A stretch of 64,000 nucleotides of DNA from assembly GCA_964016885.1 (NCBI GenBank), contig OZ024744.1, forward strand, positions 85,064,001 to 85,128,000. The letters run 5' to 3'. Position numbers and translations under genes: made by a program. The notes beneath the pieces are model-generated. The model worked only from the letters and a program-made list of their open reading frames with translations. It was not told the DNA's origin and made no database searches. The DNA is from Eledone cirrhosa (taxonomy: Eukaryota). Below, in pieces: positions 1 through 13,500 of this stretch. The number at the start of each line of letters is the position of its first letter. Positions within the stretch are counted from its first letter, which is position 1.

Positions 1-185
1 ATGGGAACTGCCCATATACTAAGGAAGATTCTGTCAATATAAGTACATCACAAGTCTAAACACTAAAGATGCATGTGTGAATATGTATGTTCTTTCTTGA
101 ACATGGCGGACCTTGTTGTCTCTTGAGGTCACTGGTTGTGACTTGGTGATAACTCGTATGAACATAAAGCAAGATAAATGCAACT

Positions 186-222
<37 letters not shown>
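1..222 (+). mobile_element. 3' end of R4/Dong-like non-LTR retrotransposon with (TAA)n tail
   Basis: First frame reads (M)GTAHILRKILSI*, resembling the R4/Dong C-terminal 'LGTAHILRKVL' motif; short 3' UTR, then (TAA)n 188-222. Confidence 0.6.
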
Positions 223-223
<1 letters not shown>

Positions 224-664
224 TTCTTTATTGGCCACAAGGGCTGACATCAAGAAAAACATCACAGACGGAACAGGACGGTACGATGTGGGTTTTGTGC
301 GTGTAAATATTTTTATTATTTATATAAGAAAAGACATAAAACATATATATATATATAAACAATAAAATGAAAATTGAAACAATGAAAAATTCCCCAATAG
401 GGGGAAACCTCCGAGGGTTACTCGTGGCGAAAACCAGACAAAAGACCACGGCCACCCAGACTACCAGGGCAAGCGACCTCTCTCAATTTTTCCATCTCTC
501 AAACTACAGACGTATATTCAGAGTGGTCCCGTTCACTGGGACCATTCTCGCTACATTCACCCACCTTTCAACAAACTTGCTAGAAAGCAGCACTTGCCTC
601 TCCACCCTGATTTTCCTCTTCAAGTGAAACTTGAAAAAGTTAATTAGGGATTCGCCGAAGAGGG
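223..664 (-). mobile_element. 3' fragment of Tx1/L1-clade LINE (same family as 14141-19650)
   Basis: 414-660 is highly similar to 14141-14370 (cactcgtgg.gaaaacca.acaaaagaccacggccaccc; ccaccctgattttcctcttcaagtgaaacttgaaaaag). Minus-strand AATAAA abuts a (TTA)n tail. A second 3'-end copy starts near 665. Confidence 0.8.
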
Positions 665-795
665 AATAATAATAATGCTTTCTTTATTAACCACAAGGGT
701 TTACATAAAGTAGACATTAAGGACAGTACAGGACAATACAGGACGGTACAAATGGGCATTTTTGCGTGTAAAAAAAACAGAGGATGTAATAAAAA

Positions 796-835
<40 letters not shown>

Positions 836-859
836 ACATATATATTATTTTGCTTTCCA

Positions 860-901
860 TGCCCTTGATAACCCGCTCAGGGCGAAACGTACGTAGGTGC
901 A
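860..901 (+). ncRNA. Type-I hammerhead-like motif, U3:A8 core variant (imperfect)
   Basis: GCCC-TTGATAA-CCC GCTCA GGGC-GAAAC GTAC GTA-GGTGC; palindromic helix III; G10.1 apparently missing. Confidence 0.55.
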
Positions 902-1146
902 CAATTATATAAACATGTTTTAACGGTTTTAAACTCTTTGTATTCATTTCCTTTATAATCGCTCTGCTTATTTTTTCTCGCCTACTAAATATTAACGCGT
1001 CTAATATTTAACCCTGTAGGCACGAGTATTGAGTACACATACATAAACTATTGGCAACTAAATATCTGTATCGACCATCTTTAAAATTCTCTTCTCTCTC
1101 TCGATACCTAATCATTCTATGTATATATATATATATGTATATATAC

Positions 1147-1265
<119 letters not shown>

Positions 1266-1281
1266 TATGTATATATATATA

Positions 1282-1502
1282 TTGTTATACTTTGGGAGGG
1301 TCATGTTGCCAATAAGAAACACACGCACCAGTTGCTTTCACTTCAATTTATTATATATTTATAAATTCATAAATTTACAAATCTACAAACTTATAAATTA
1401 TAAATTTCTGGTTGGCAACATGACCCTCCCAAAGTATAACAATATCGGTTTCAACACACGATTTCAGATAAAGAATCTTGCTAAACAAATTCAGAAACGA
1501 AA
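1282..1502 (+). mobile_element. Penelope-type terminal fold-back remnant in (TA)n
   Basis: TTGTTATACTTTGGGAGGGTCATGTTGCCAA (from 1282) is inverted at 1412-1442, followed by a ~60-nt tail; same family as 54080-54576. Confidence 0.75.
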
Positions 1503-1582
1503 TATATATATATATATATAGTTTTAATATAGATGAGATTCTACAGGACTAGAACTGTTTCATCGATTCAACCCGGAATAAC

Positions 1583-1652
<70 letters not shown>

Positions 1653-1654
1653 AC

Positions 1655-1759
<105 letters not shown>

Positions 1760-2069
1760 CATATATATATATATACATACATATGTATATATATATATAT
1801 ATATACATATGTATATATATATGTATATACATATTGGAAAATGTGTGTAATCCTTGGTACAGTTAGGTATATTAAGACAGGGGGGATGAAAAAAAAATGG
1901 CTTCACTTGTGCTTTCAACAAATTTATTTTCTTCACAAAATCCATAAAGAATTTTTTTCCGGATTAGAAAAAATTTTCTTAAAAATTTTTTTTTATAAAT
2001 TAAGTTGTTGGTTGTTGGTTAGGTCTTAGGAGCTCTTGGTTAACGTAGGAGGTACTCTTTCGTTTTTAG

Positions 2070-2104
2070 AACGACCTTTCACGCTGAGGTGCGCTTGTCA
2101 AGCT
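2070..2104 (-). ncRNA. Degenerate hammerhead-like motif, U3:A8 variant
   Basis: Minus strand AGC-TTGACAA-GCGC ACCTCA GCGT-GAAAG GTC-GTT; helix III mismatched. Confidence 0.4.
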
Positions 2105-2826
2105 GATGTGTATGTGGTGTGTTGTTCTATATATAGGGATTTAACATGTCTGTGGTGTGGTGGGGGTTTCTTTCTCTCCCACTTTAATAAGTGTAGGGGT
2201 TTAGGTATGTTGAAAAAATGTTAATATCAGTAATGAGTTGAGACAGTGAGTAGGGTTGGATGGGGAGAAATGTAGCAAGTGCGGCCTGCCCCGGTCATTC
2301 TCGAAAAATTCCTTTATTCAGGGGAAAAAGCTTTTGGTATTCCTTTGTATCGAAGATGGTCATAGGCAAACCGCACCTGCCAAGCTTGTAAACAATTATT
2401 TTTTTCTCTGAAGGATTTTTCTACGTCCATCCCAAAATTAGTCCTTTGTTCAACACACACATATGTGCGTATATACGTACATACACACACGGGCATATGT
2501 AGGAATATATAGGCACCCACTATCAATCACACACCCATGTACATATACATCCACATACATACATAAAAACATATAAAGACACATATAAAAACACATATAC
2601 ACATACGTACACACACGAATATGTACTCATACCTCCACATGGGTATATATATATATACATACATACATATACATACACATACACACATAAAGATACATAA
2701 CTAAATATACATATATACACATACACGCACACATACACACACACACACACGTGTGCACACACACACATATACATATGTCCGTATATATACATCCGTTCAC
2801 ACATCCATGCATACACACACACACAT

Positions 2827-2859
<33 letters not shown>

Positions 2860-2876
2860 GAGGCATACACACACAC

Positions 2877-2910
<34 letters not shown>

Positions 2911-2980
2911 GCATACACACATGTTTATACATATGTATATATATATAGAGAGAGAGAGAGGCATACACACATGTTTATAC

Positions 2981-3013
<33 letters not shown>

Positions 3014-3130
3014 CATATGTATATATATATACATATGTATATATATATATACATATGTATATATATATATATATATACATATGTATATATATATAACTAT
3101 ATACATAACTATATATATATATGTATATAC

Positions 3131-3172
<42 letters not shown>

Positions 3173-3220
3173 ATACTTGGGGAGGGTCATATTTGTGTAA
3201 TATTGCCAGAATTAATAACA

Positions 3221-4854
3221 TTGCTGTGAAAAGATGTGTGGAGATGATCATTGAGAGTGAGGTGGAGTTCTGCGACGTCGACACAGACGAACTGGGCCTC
3301 CTACTTAGACTTACCTACGACACTGACTACCTAGACAGCCATGACCTTAGATGTTTCTGCCCTAGTAGACCTATAAGAGGTAGACTCCCCACCATAACCT
3401 CAATGGCAAAAAAGACTCCTATGGGAAGGTGGATTGGGTGGACCAAAGCTATACGGACCCCCCAAAACAATGATCAGGTAAGAAAAATGGTCGCACATGC
3501 AATAGGGGCTAGTATCAAAACTACCCTAAAGGGCCACATATTTAAGTTCAATGAGAAAATCTACACCCAAAATGAGGGAGCAGCCATCGGCGTCAGCATA
3601 ACTGGTGACGTTGCCAACCTTTTCATGGTATGGTGGGAAAGGAGACTTAAAGATCTCCTTAATGAAAGCTCCATGGACCTCATCATGTACTCTCGTTATG
3701 TAGACGATATCAATATAGTTATAAGAACACCCCCACTAGAGAGCACTAACAAGTTTGATTTAGAACGTAGCACGATGGAAAGCATCTAGCAGATAGCTAA
3801 TTCCATACACCAGAGTATAACTGTAACTATAGACTTCCCTTCCAAACACCCTAACAATAGACTACCTGTATTAGACACAGAACTTTGGATTAACACTACA
3901 GACAAGAGAGCCCAAATTCTCCACTCACACTATGCTAAACCCATGGCCTCCAAATACCTGATACTCAAAAACTCAGCAATGTCCAGTAGTGCTAAGTTTA
4001 ATATTCTGATCGCAGATTTGGTACGAGTGATGAAGAATGTGTCCCGCATGTGCGACCCAACAGAAATGGAAATACACATCCAACACTTCATCAACCGCAT
4101 GCAGTTCTCTGGCTACAACCAAAGAGACAGAGTCAGAGTATACGAAGGAGCCATGGAAAAGTATAAGACCCTCATAGAACTGGACATGAAAGGAATTTGC
4201 CCATTATACAGGAGCAAATCATGGAATAGCTTAGATAGGGCTAGACATACGATAGGGAAAGCCACCTCATGGTACGACAACCAGAAATACCAGAGTGTCA
4301 TGTTTGTGGACACCACTCCTGGAGGGAAATTAGCTAACCAGTGTAGAAAGGCCCTGAGAAAGACCCACTTAAAAATAAAGGTGGTAGAAAAGCCAGGAAC
4401 CACCATAAAATCCCTGATCAGCAAAACCTACCCTTTTAAGAAAACCCACCGTACCAATAGGAAATGTATCATATGTAAGGTGAACCCCCGGATAAACTGT
4501 AAAACTAGAAACGTAGTCTATAGCATAAGATGTACAGAGTGTACTTGCAGAAACATGACAACAACATACATAGGTGAGACAGCTCGAAGCATAGGTGAAA
4601 GGATAGACCAACACTGGGGGGAACTAAAAGGACGAAAAAACGGGTCAGTACTATACGAACATGCCAGACAACAACACGACGGTAACATAGACAACATAGA
4701 AATTAGAATAATATCTAAACATAGAAATGACCCAGCAGATAGGCAAATCAGAGAGGCCAGTGAAATAGAAATTAGAAGACCAAAGCTAAACAGAAAGAAT
4801 GAATGGAATAACAACAACACCCAAACAAACAACACTGACCTAAGAGAAGTATAA
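3221..4854 (+). pseudogene. Penelope reverse transcriptase + GIY-YIG endonuclease ORF with a single in-frame TAG (3787-3789)
   Basis: ORFs 3121-3789 and 3943-4854 share a frame and the gap reads through (QIANSIHQSITVTIDFPSKHPNNRLPVLDTELWI...). Motifs: FKFNEKIYTQNEGAAIG, YSRYVDD (YVDD 3697-3708), LPVLD, CIIC/CTEC, VVY..YIGETARSIGERIDQH, IREASEI..PKLN. Confidence 0.92.
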
Positions 4855-5086
4855 ATAAGTAAATAAAATAAGATAAATAAATACATACACAAGCAGAATA
4901 GCAACAAGCACATAAACACACACTAGTCACCCATCACACAGCAAACATAACACTATACACACACGCAAACGCATGCGCAAAGAAGACAAAATAAAATAAA
5001 CAAACAAGCAAATAAATAAATAAATATATAGACAGACTGAATAAAAAATGGCGTAGACATACAACACAACAGGAGGAAAATATAAC

Positions 5087-5128
5087 ACCACTGACGATGT
5101 TGCAGATGTGCAACGAAAGATTTATGAT
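5087..5128 (+). ncRNA. Minimal hammerhead ribozyme in Penelope 3' region
   Basis: ACCA-CTGACGA-T GTTGCA GATG TGCAAC-GAAAG AT TTA-TGAT; helix I has one mismatch. Confidence 0.7.
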
Positions 5129-5366
5129 AAACTATATATATGTGTTTGTGTCTATATTGTATCTGTATTATTTTTGACCGTCGGTCAGTCAATGGCAACA
5201 TTGAGGACCGAGTAAGTTAGATTACCGATATAAATGACAGCGAGAAGCGAAAACCAACCAAACAGTGAGTGTGTTCTGTTATTAATTCTGGCAATATTAC
5301 ACAAATATGACCCTCCCCAAGTATAACAATATATATATATATATGTATATACATATATATATATAT

Positions 5367-5523
<157 letters not shown>

Positions 5524-5664
5524 GATATAGATATAGATATAGATATAGATATACGGCCCTTGATAAACCTGTTCTACATCATCCACTCTCATCCCAGGAA
5601 CAGTTTTTGATAGCGCTAGTTTGTGATTTAAATTCAGGAATTTTATATTCTTTGAATGAAAAGA

Positions 5665-5748
5665 ACCTTCTGACGAGAATCTTTCTTTGCAACGAAGGCC
5701 GTATGGTCTCCGTTTTATTTTTGGGATTCGAAACCGATCGGTAAAGGT
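5665..5748 (+). ncRNA. Type-I hammerhead ribozyme with extended helix II
   Basis: Helix I ACCTT/AAGGT; core CTGACGA (5670-5676); helix II GAATCTT/GGGATTC around a ~40-nt insert; GAAA 5730-5733; helix III ACC-GATC-GGT; triplet GTA. Confidence 0.85.
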
Positions 5749-5928
5749 AACTATAGTAGGTAAAGTCAATTTTTTAAAATTTATTTTGAAACTTTTTCAT
5801 TATTTACTAAGTACCAGTAATGCACTGGGTAATTGCTGGCCTTGTGCCTAAAGTAGAAACAATTATTTACTAAACCTTGTTTATATATAGATATATATGT
5901 ATATATATGTATATACATATATATATAT

Positions 5929-6115
<187 letters not shown>

Positions 6116-6205
6116 ATATATATATATATATAAAAGAAAAAAAGATGAAATCGAAAATGCAACTGGAGTCTTATTTTTTTTTAAATATATATATTTATTT
6201 GGTTC

Positions 6206-6241
6206 CTTTACCGGTTTCGCAGTTCTTCTGCTTTTCAAAAG
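6206..6241 (-). ncRNA. Minimal hammerhead, U3:A8 core variant
   Basis: Minus strand CTT-TTGAAAA-GCAG AAGAA CTGC-GAAAC CG GTA-AAG; palindromic helix III ACCGGT. Confidence 0.7.
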
Positions 6242-6492
6242 TAGAGTTGAGATGGAGGGTCTGTGGTTTTTCTCACATCTGGTTGGTTTCTGAATGTTAC
6301 TTGTTTTATATGGAAAAAGTGGCTCGAAATGCCAGGTTTTTCGAGAAGTAATTTGATTAGTTGGTCAATAAGTATAATAAATTTCGCGCCAGTTCACGTT
6401 ACAAAGTTCTTCAAACAGAGGGGTGGGGGCACACGTTGTTTTTTCATATATGAGTGTTTGAATTTTGTTTACGTCTATTTGTGTGCTTGTGT

Positions 6493-6531
<39 letters not shown>

Positions 6532-6990
6532 GGAAGATGATTCTATTAGTAGAAATGCGGGAGGGAGTTGTGAGTGTGTGTATGTGGGTGTTATGTGTGT
6601 GTATATGTGTGTAGGAAAGTGACTCTATTAGTAGAAATGGAGGAGGGGGTTGTGTGTGTGTGTATATGGGTGGTATGTGTGTGGGAGTATGGTTAGCATG
6701 TTAAGATGAAGAGAATATATATATATATATATTGTGTGTGTGTAGGAAAATGATTCCATTAGTAGGAATATTTTTGAATGAACATATTTTCCTTACTTAT
6801 TCGTATTTGTTCTGTTGTATTGTCAGCGCAAACGTATGTTAAGATTTATTTAGTTCGGGTTATTATTTTCTAAAGTAGAAGGTGTTATGTGTGTATGTAT
6901 GTGTCTGTTTGGATGGTTAGCATGTTATGGTGTTGACATAATGTATATTAACTGTATATATATACTCTTAGGAAATATAAAAATCATAAA

Positions 6991-7039
<49 letters not shown>

Positions 7040-7718
7040 TCTTAGGAAATATAAAAATCATAAACACAGAGATTAACTGTAACCAAAGTTGACTGCTATC
7101 AATGATACCTTAGAAAAATTGAGTAAAATACCAATACAGACGGACAAATTCTACAAAAAAGACCGATAAGAGATAAGTAATGAACTTGAAAAATATATAC
7201 TGGGGTCAAAACGATTGACTAAATCCCCACCTTCGCCGCATTTCAATTATTGAAATCAATAAAGGAATAAAAGTATAAAATAAAGTACAAGTAATGCACT
7301 GCAATAATTGCTGGCCTTGTGCTAAAAGTAGAAACAATTATTTATAAGATATAGAAAAAAAATAATAAAACATTAGCAAGGGAAATAACCCAAATCAAGG
7401 TTATCTCCCTTATAAAATTACTCTCTTCATATGACCTCTTATGTTTCTTATGAAATATTTTTGTAATATCTTTAATTATGTCCCCTTGCTTTCTACATTT
7501 ATACTATCAGCCCAAAATCGAAAGGTTCTGATTTTTTTCTTTTTTGTTTTGCGGGGTTGGGGGATGGGGTGGGATGGAGGTGTTGGTGGTGGAGATAAAA
7601 CATGCTACATCGTGTTCTGAGTTCGATGTAATGTAGTATTTCTGCACGTATTTTTTTTTTCACGGTATCTCCTCGCATCAGCTCAACCCGATAAACATTA
7701 ACAGCGTTATATTAATTT

Positions 7719-7910
7719 GGTGGATTGGCAGTATCGGTAGAGGGTCGGACACCATGCTTTGCAGCATAGAGTTACGGCCCTTGCCATTATTCTGAGTTCA
7801 AATCCTGCCGAGGTTAACTTTGCCTTTCATCCTTACGGAGTCGATAAAATAAAGTACCAGTAATGCACTGGGATAATTGCTGGCCTTGTGCCTAACGTAG
7901 AAACAATTAA
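7719..7910 (+). mobile_element. tRNA-derived SINE, family A (representative copy; central domain resembles Meta/MESC)
   Basis: A-box TGGCAGTATCGG, B-box GTTCAAATCC, core TTGCCTTTCATCCTTACGGGGTCGATAAAATAAAGTACCAG. Other full or partial copies near 5810, 7290, 8476, 9243, 10022, 33948, 34496, 41030, 46410, 53748 (+) and 27742, 28413, 50467, 58383 (-). Confidence 0.85.
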
Positions 7911-7959
7911 TTTAATATACATATTTTTTTTATCTGAATAGACTAAATCCCAGACCTCA

Positions 7960-8300
7960 TTTGCTTACCGAGTGAGGTGGAACTCGTCAGATCGGATGAT
8001 ACTAATTGCTGATACTATCTACCGGGTGTAACTCCTCGTAGAAGAAGAAAAGTGAAATAAAATGCCTTGCTCAACGACACAACGTATCGCCCGACTCGTG
8101 GATCAAAGTCATAATCTTACGATTGCCAATCCAACTTTCTAGCCACTAAGCCACGTGACTTCCCAATGTGGCATCACAGTATTAAGAAGTAAAGCATCTT
8201 GCTCAAGGATATAACGCATCTCCCGATCCGCCGATCGAATTCACCACATCACGATTGTGAATCCAATTTACAAACCACTAACCACTAAGCCACGTGACTT
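7960..8300 (-). mobile_element. tRNA-derived SINE family B, two partial copies
   Basis: Minus strand cacgtggcttagtgg.tag head plus ttgagcaag.cat.ttatttcac; related copies near 25490-25845, 30520-30655, 36498-36650 (+), 44480-45040, 58960-59325. Confidence 0.65.
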
Positions 8301-8540
8301 CACAACGCGCCTTCACAACGCGCCTTCACAACACGCCTTCACAATATTAAGAAATATAAGGCATAACTTCAAATTTTCTTTGACCTGCCAATATTCTAAA
8401 GAATCGCTGCCAAGCTATGCCATTCCTTCATTCCCTCATTATCATCATGCTATGATTATAGTATTTAACATCCATTGGCAGTATCGGTAGAGGGTCGGAC
8501 GCCATGCTTCGCAGCATAGAGTTATGACCCTTTAAGTTCT

Positions 8541-8780
8541 GAGTGCTCTACATTGACGGCAGGCATACTCATGGATGTTCAGGTCAATGCGGTACAGGGA
8601 GGCACGGCCGCAGCGGTTGCAGTTAAAGATCTGGTCAGGGTTTTAATGAATTGGTGTTGTGGTTCATCCTCCTGTGATTTGTATCGTTGAGGGTAGCTCT
8701 GCGGGTGTTTTCGGAGTACCAGACAGCATGGTTGATGTGACACCAGGCGTCACGGTTCTCAGCGAGGCTGGACCACCTTA
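8541..8780 (-). mobile_element. RTE-clade LINE 3' fragment
   Basis: Minus strand WSSLAENRDAW... and FNCNRCGRASLYRIDLNIHEYAC, a decayed C-terminal Cys/His finger. Confidence 0.55.
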
Positions 8781-8937
8781 CAGCACAATTAATTATATAA
8801 AACCGACGACCGCGTTATATTAATTTAACATTAACAATAATTTTTTATATAACACCAACGGCTTTATATTAAATTAACATTGTTACCTCGAAAATCATCG
8901 AGACGAGACGAAGAGTGAGTATATTTGAAATTTAAAC

Positions 8938-9222
8938 AAATAATTTGAAAACTCAAATACAAAAATAGCTGTTAAAATAGCTAAATGTGTAAGTTGGGTA
9001 AAAATATCCTTAAGGACAAAAATCAGTGGCCAGTAGTCGTTAAAAAAAAAAGTAAAGTTGTGAGGTGAGTGACAGGTAGGTGAAACGTAGAGCTCATTGA
9101 GAGATAAGTGACCACTGATATCTGTCCTTAAATTTATTTTTACCTGAATTATATGCTGCAGTCATTGACGACATTTAGCTGTTTTAACAGCTATTCCTTG
9201 CGTTCGAGGTTTCAAATTATTT
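8938..9222. mobile_element. Fold-back / MITE-like element
   Basis: 8938-8988 is an imperfect inverse of 9171-9222; an inner pair (~9000-9030 vs ~9110-9140) is also inverted. Confidence 0.6.
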
Positions 9223-9557
9223 CTACGGGCTTTATATTAATTTTCAAATCCCACCGAGGTTAACTTTGCTTTCATCCTAACGGGGTCCATAAAATAAAGT
9301 ACCAGTAATACACTAAGATAATTGCTGGCCTTGTGCCCAAAGTAGAAACAATTAATTTAATATTATATATATCACAATATATTACAGAGCATTAAAAGTT
9401 TTATATCAATTTAACATTTAGTAGTGTTATATACAACACAATTTACTACTTAATATAAACAGCATTATATTAATTTAATAGTAGTATTATATACAGGATA
9501 ATACATTACATAATATTCATAGCTTTATATTAATTTGATATTAATGGTATTACATAC

Positions 9558-9984
9558 GTGACTCGATAGAGTGTGTAGTTCGGGGATCAGAGACACTCCA
9601 GGTAGAGACTCTACTTCTCCGAATTGAAAGATCACAGCTCCGATATTACAAACATGTGGTTAGAATGTCTCAGGAAAGAATCGCTGGACAGATTATACGG
9701 GCAAATCCAACCGGGGGAAGACCCAGGGGCAGATCCGGAGCAAGATGGTTTGGATAATATCTATGAGCTTGGCGAGTCACGCTTGGGGATCTACCTGGAT
9801 CAGTTGGAGATGGTTGCATCTGACAGGACCCACTGTAGGGAGTGTTTGAGGTCCCTCCCAGGATTAAGTGGGCGAAGAAGAAGAAGAAGAAGAAGAAGAA
9901 GAAGAAGAAGAAGAAGAAGAAGAAGAAGAAGAAGAAGAAGAAGAAGAAGAAGAAGAAGAAGAAGAAGAAGAAGAAGAAGAAGAA
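9558..9984 (+). mobile_element. RTE-clade LINE 3' fragment with (GAA)n tail
   Basis: LQVETLLLRIERSQLRYYKHVVRMSQERIAGQIIRANPTGGRPRGRSGARW; (GAA)n 9874-9984; approximate TSD ggtatta.a.a on both sides. Confidence 0.8.
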
Positions 9985-10550
9985 GGTATTATACATGAGA
10001 CACATTATTACATAATATCAACGGTGGTTTGGCAGTATCGGTAAAGCGTCAGACACCATGCTTTGCAGCATAGAGTTATGGTCCTTTACGTTCTGAGTTC
10101 AAATCCCACCGAGGTTAACTCTGCCTTTTATCCTTACGAAGTCGATAAAATAAAGAACCAGTAATGCACTGTGCTAATTGATGGCCTTGTGCCGACATTA
10201 GAAATATCAACACCCTTATAATTAATCTTTATATAAATCCTAATCCTTATATTAATTGAACATTAGTAGTATAATGCATAACACAATGTATTACATAAAA
10301 CCAACAGTTTTCTATTAATCTAATATCAATTCAATACTAATAGTCTTGTATGCAATACAATATATTACATAACATCAATCTTACGTTAAACGACGAACAT
10401 TACCAGTATTGTAAACCATACAATCTATTACATAAACCAAACAGATTTGTATTAATTTTGTCGTGTCTTGTTAATTTTCCTATGTGTGTAGGTAATTGAA
10501 CAAGGAAAAGTAATTTATAAATGTCTATTTCGACACAATGAAGAACAATA

Positions 10551-13500
10551 AACTGTAGAACTGTTGAACTGTTGAACTGTTGAACTGTTGAACTGTTGAA
10601 CTGTTGAACTGTAGAACTGTTGAACTGTTGAACTGTTGAACTGTAGAACTGTTGAACTGCTGAACTGTAGAACTGTTGAACTGCTGAACTGTAGAACTGT
10701 TGAACTGTAGAACTGTTGAACTGTTGAACTGTTGAACTGTTGAACTGTTGAACTGTTGAACTGTAGAACTGTTGAACTGTGGAACTGTTGAACTGTTGAA
10801 CTGCTGAACTGTTGAACTGTTGAACTGTTGAACTGTTGAACTGTTGAACTGTAGAACTGTTGAACTGCTGAACTGTAGAACTGTTGAACTGTTGAACTGT
10901 GGAACTGTAGAACTGTTGAACTGCTGAACTGTAGAACTGTTGAACTGTAGAACTGTTGAACTGTAGAACTGTTGAACTGTTGAACTGTCGAACTGTTGAA
11001 CTGTAGAACTGTTGAATTGTTGAACTGTTGAACTGTTGAACTGTTGAACTGTAGAACTGTAGAACTGTAGAACTGTAGAACTGTAGAACTGTTGAACTGT
11101 TGAACTGTTGAACTGTAGAACTGTAGAACTGTTGAACTGTTGAATTGTTGAACTGTTGAACTGTTGAACTGTTGAACTGTAGAGCTGTTGAACTGTATAA
11201 CTGTTGAACTGTTGAACTGTTGAACTGTTGAACTGTAGAACTGTTGAACTGTTGAACTGTAGAACTGTTGAACTGTTGAACTGTTGAACTGTTGAACTGT
11301 TGAACTGTATAACTGTAGAACTGTTGAACTGTAGAACTGTTGAACAGTTGAACTGTTGAACTGTAAAACTGTAGAACTGTTGAAATGTTGAACTGTAGAA
11401 CTGTAGAACTGTAGAACTGTTGAACTGTTGAACTGTTGAACTGTTGAACTGTTGAACTGTAGAGCTGTTGAACTGTATAACTGTTGAACTGTTGAACAGT
11501 TGAACTGTAGAACCGTAGAACTGTTGAACGGTAGAATTGTTGGACTGTAGAACTGTTGAACTGTGGAACTGTTGAACTGTAGAACTGTTGAACTGTTGAA
11601 CTGTTGAACTATTGAACAGTAGAACTGTAGAACTGTTGAACTGTTGAACTGTAGAACTGTTGAACTGTTGAACTGTAGAACTGTTGAACTGTTGAACTGT
11701 TGAACTGTAGAACTGTTGAACTGTAGAACTGTTGAACTGTTGAACTGTTGAACTGTTGAACTGTTGAACTGTTGAACTGTTGGACTGTTGAACTGTTGAA
11801 CTGTTGAACTGTAGAACAGTATAACGGTAGTACTGTTGAACTGTTGAACTGTTGAACTGTAGAACTGTTGAACTGTTGAACTGTTGGACTGTAGAACTGT
11901 TGAACTGTAGAACAGTATAACTGTAGAACTGCTGAACTGTTGAACTGTTGAACAGTTGAACTGTATAACTGTAGAACTGTTGAACTGTAGAACTGTTGAA
12001 CTGTTGAACTGTTGAACTACTGAACTGTTGAACTGTAGAACTGTTGAACTGTTGAACTGTTGAACTGTTGAACTGTTGAACTGTAGAACTGTTGAACTGT
12101 AGAACTGTAGAACTGTTGAACTGTTGAACTGTAGAACTGTTGAACTGTTGAACTGTTGAACTGTAGAACTGTAGAACTGTAGAACTGTTGAACTGTTGAA
12201 CTGTTGAACTGTTGAACTGTGGAACTGTGGAACTGTGGAACTGTTGAACTGGGGAACTGTTGAACTGTTGAACTGTTGAACTGTAGAACTGTTGAACTGT
12301 TGAACTGTTGAACTGTTGAACAGTTGAGCTGTAGAACTGTTGAACTGTTGAACTGTTGGACTGTTGAACTGTTGAACTGTTGAACTGTAGAACAGTATAA
12401 CTGTAGAACTGTTGAACTGTTGAACTGTTGAACTGTAGAACTGTTGAACTGTTGAACTGTTGGACTGTAGAACTGTTGAACTGTAGAGCAGTATAACTGT
12501 AGAACTGTTGAACTGTTGAACTGTTGAACAGTTGAACTGTATGACTGTAGAACTGTTGAACTGTAGAACTGTTGAACTGTTGAACTGTTGAACTGTTAAA
12601 CTGTAGAATGTAGAACTGTTGAACTGTTGAACTGTTGAACTGTTGAATTGTAGAACTGTTGAACTGTAGAACTGTTGAACTGTTGAACTGTTGAACTGTT
12701 GAACTGTTGAACTGTGGAACTGTTGAACTGTTGAACTGTTGAACTGTTGAACTGTTGAACTGTTGAACTGTTGAACAGTTGAGCTGTAGAACTGTTGAAC
12801 TGTTGAACTGTAGAACTGTTGAACTGTTGAACTGTTGAACTGTTGAACTGTTGAACTGTTGAACCGTTGAACTGTGGAACTGTTGAACTGTGGAACTGTT
12901 GAACTGTAGAACTGTTGAACTGTAGAACTGTAGATCTGTTGAACTGTTGAACTGTAGAACTGTTGAACTGTAGAACTGTAGAACTGTTGAACTGTAGAAC
13001 TGTAGAACTGTTGAAATGTAGAACTGTTGAACTGTAGAACTGTTGAACTGTAGAAATGTAGAAATGTTGAACTGTTGAACTGTATAACTGTTGAACTGTA
13101 GAACTGTTGAACTGTAGAACTGTTGGACTGTAGAACTGTATAACCGTTGAACTGTAGAACTGCAGAACTGTAGAAATGTAGAAATGTTGAACTGTAGAAC
13201 TGTTGAACTGTAGAACTGAAGAAATGTTGACCTGTAGAATTGTTGAACTGTTGAACTGTAGAACTGGTGAATTGTTGAACTATTGAACTGTAGAACTGTT
13301 GAACTGTAGAACTGTAGAATTGTTGAACTGTTGAACTGTTGAACTGTTGAACTGTAGAACTGTTGAACTGTGGAACTGTTGAACTGTAGAACTGTTGAAC
13401 TGTTGAACTGTTGAACTATTGAACAGTAGAACTGTAGAACTATTGAACTGTTGAACTGTAGAACTGTTGAACTGTTGAACTGTAGAACTGTTGAACTGTT

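Larger units (their letters stand above)
3168..5329 (+). mobile_element. Penelope-like retroelement, 5'-truncated, 53-bp perfect inverted termini, inserted in (TA)n
   Basis: 3168-3220 is the exact reverse complement of 5277-5329; both flanks are (TA)n; internal RT + GIY-YIG ORF and a 3' hammerhead motif. Confidence 0.92.

Noticed and set aside
7719-7810. tRNA genes
   Set aside because: A/B boxes belong to dispersed SINE heads with a common non-tRNA body; no intact cloverleaf seen.
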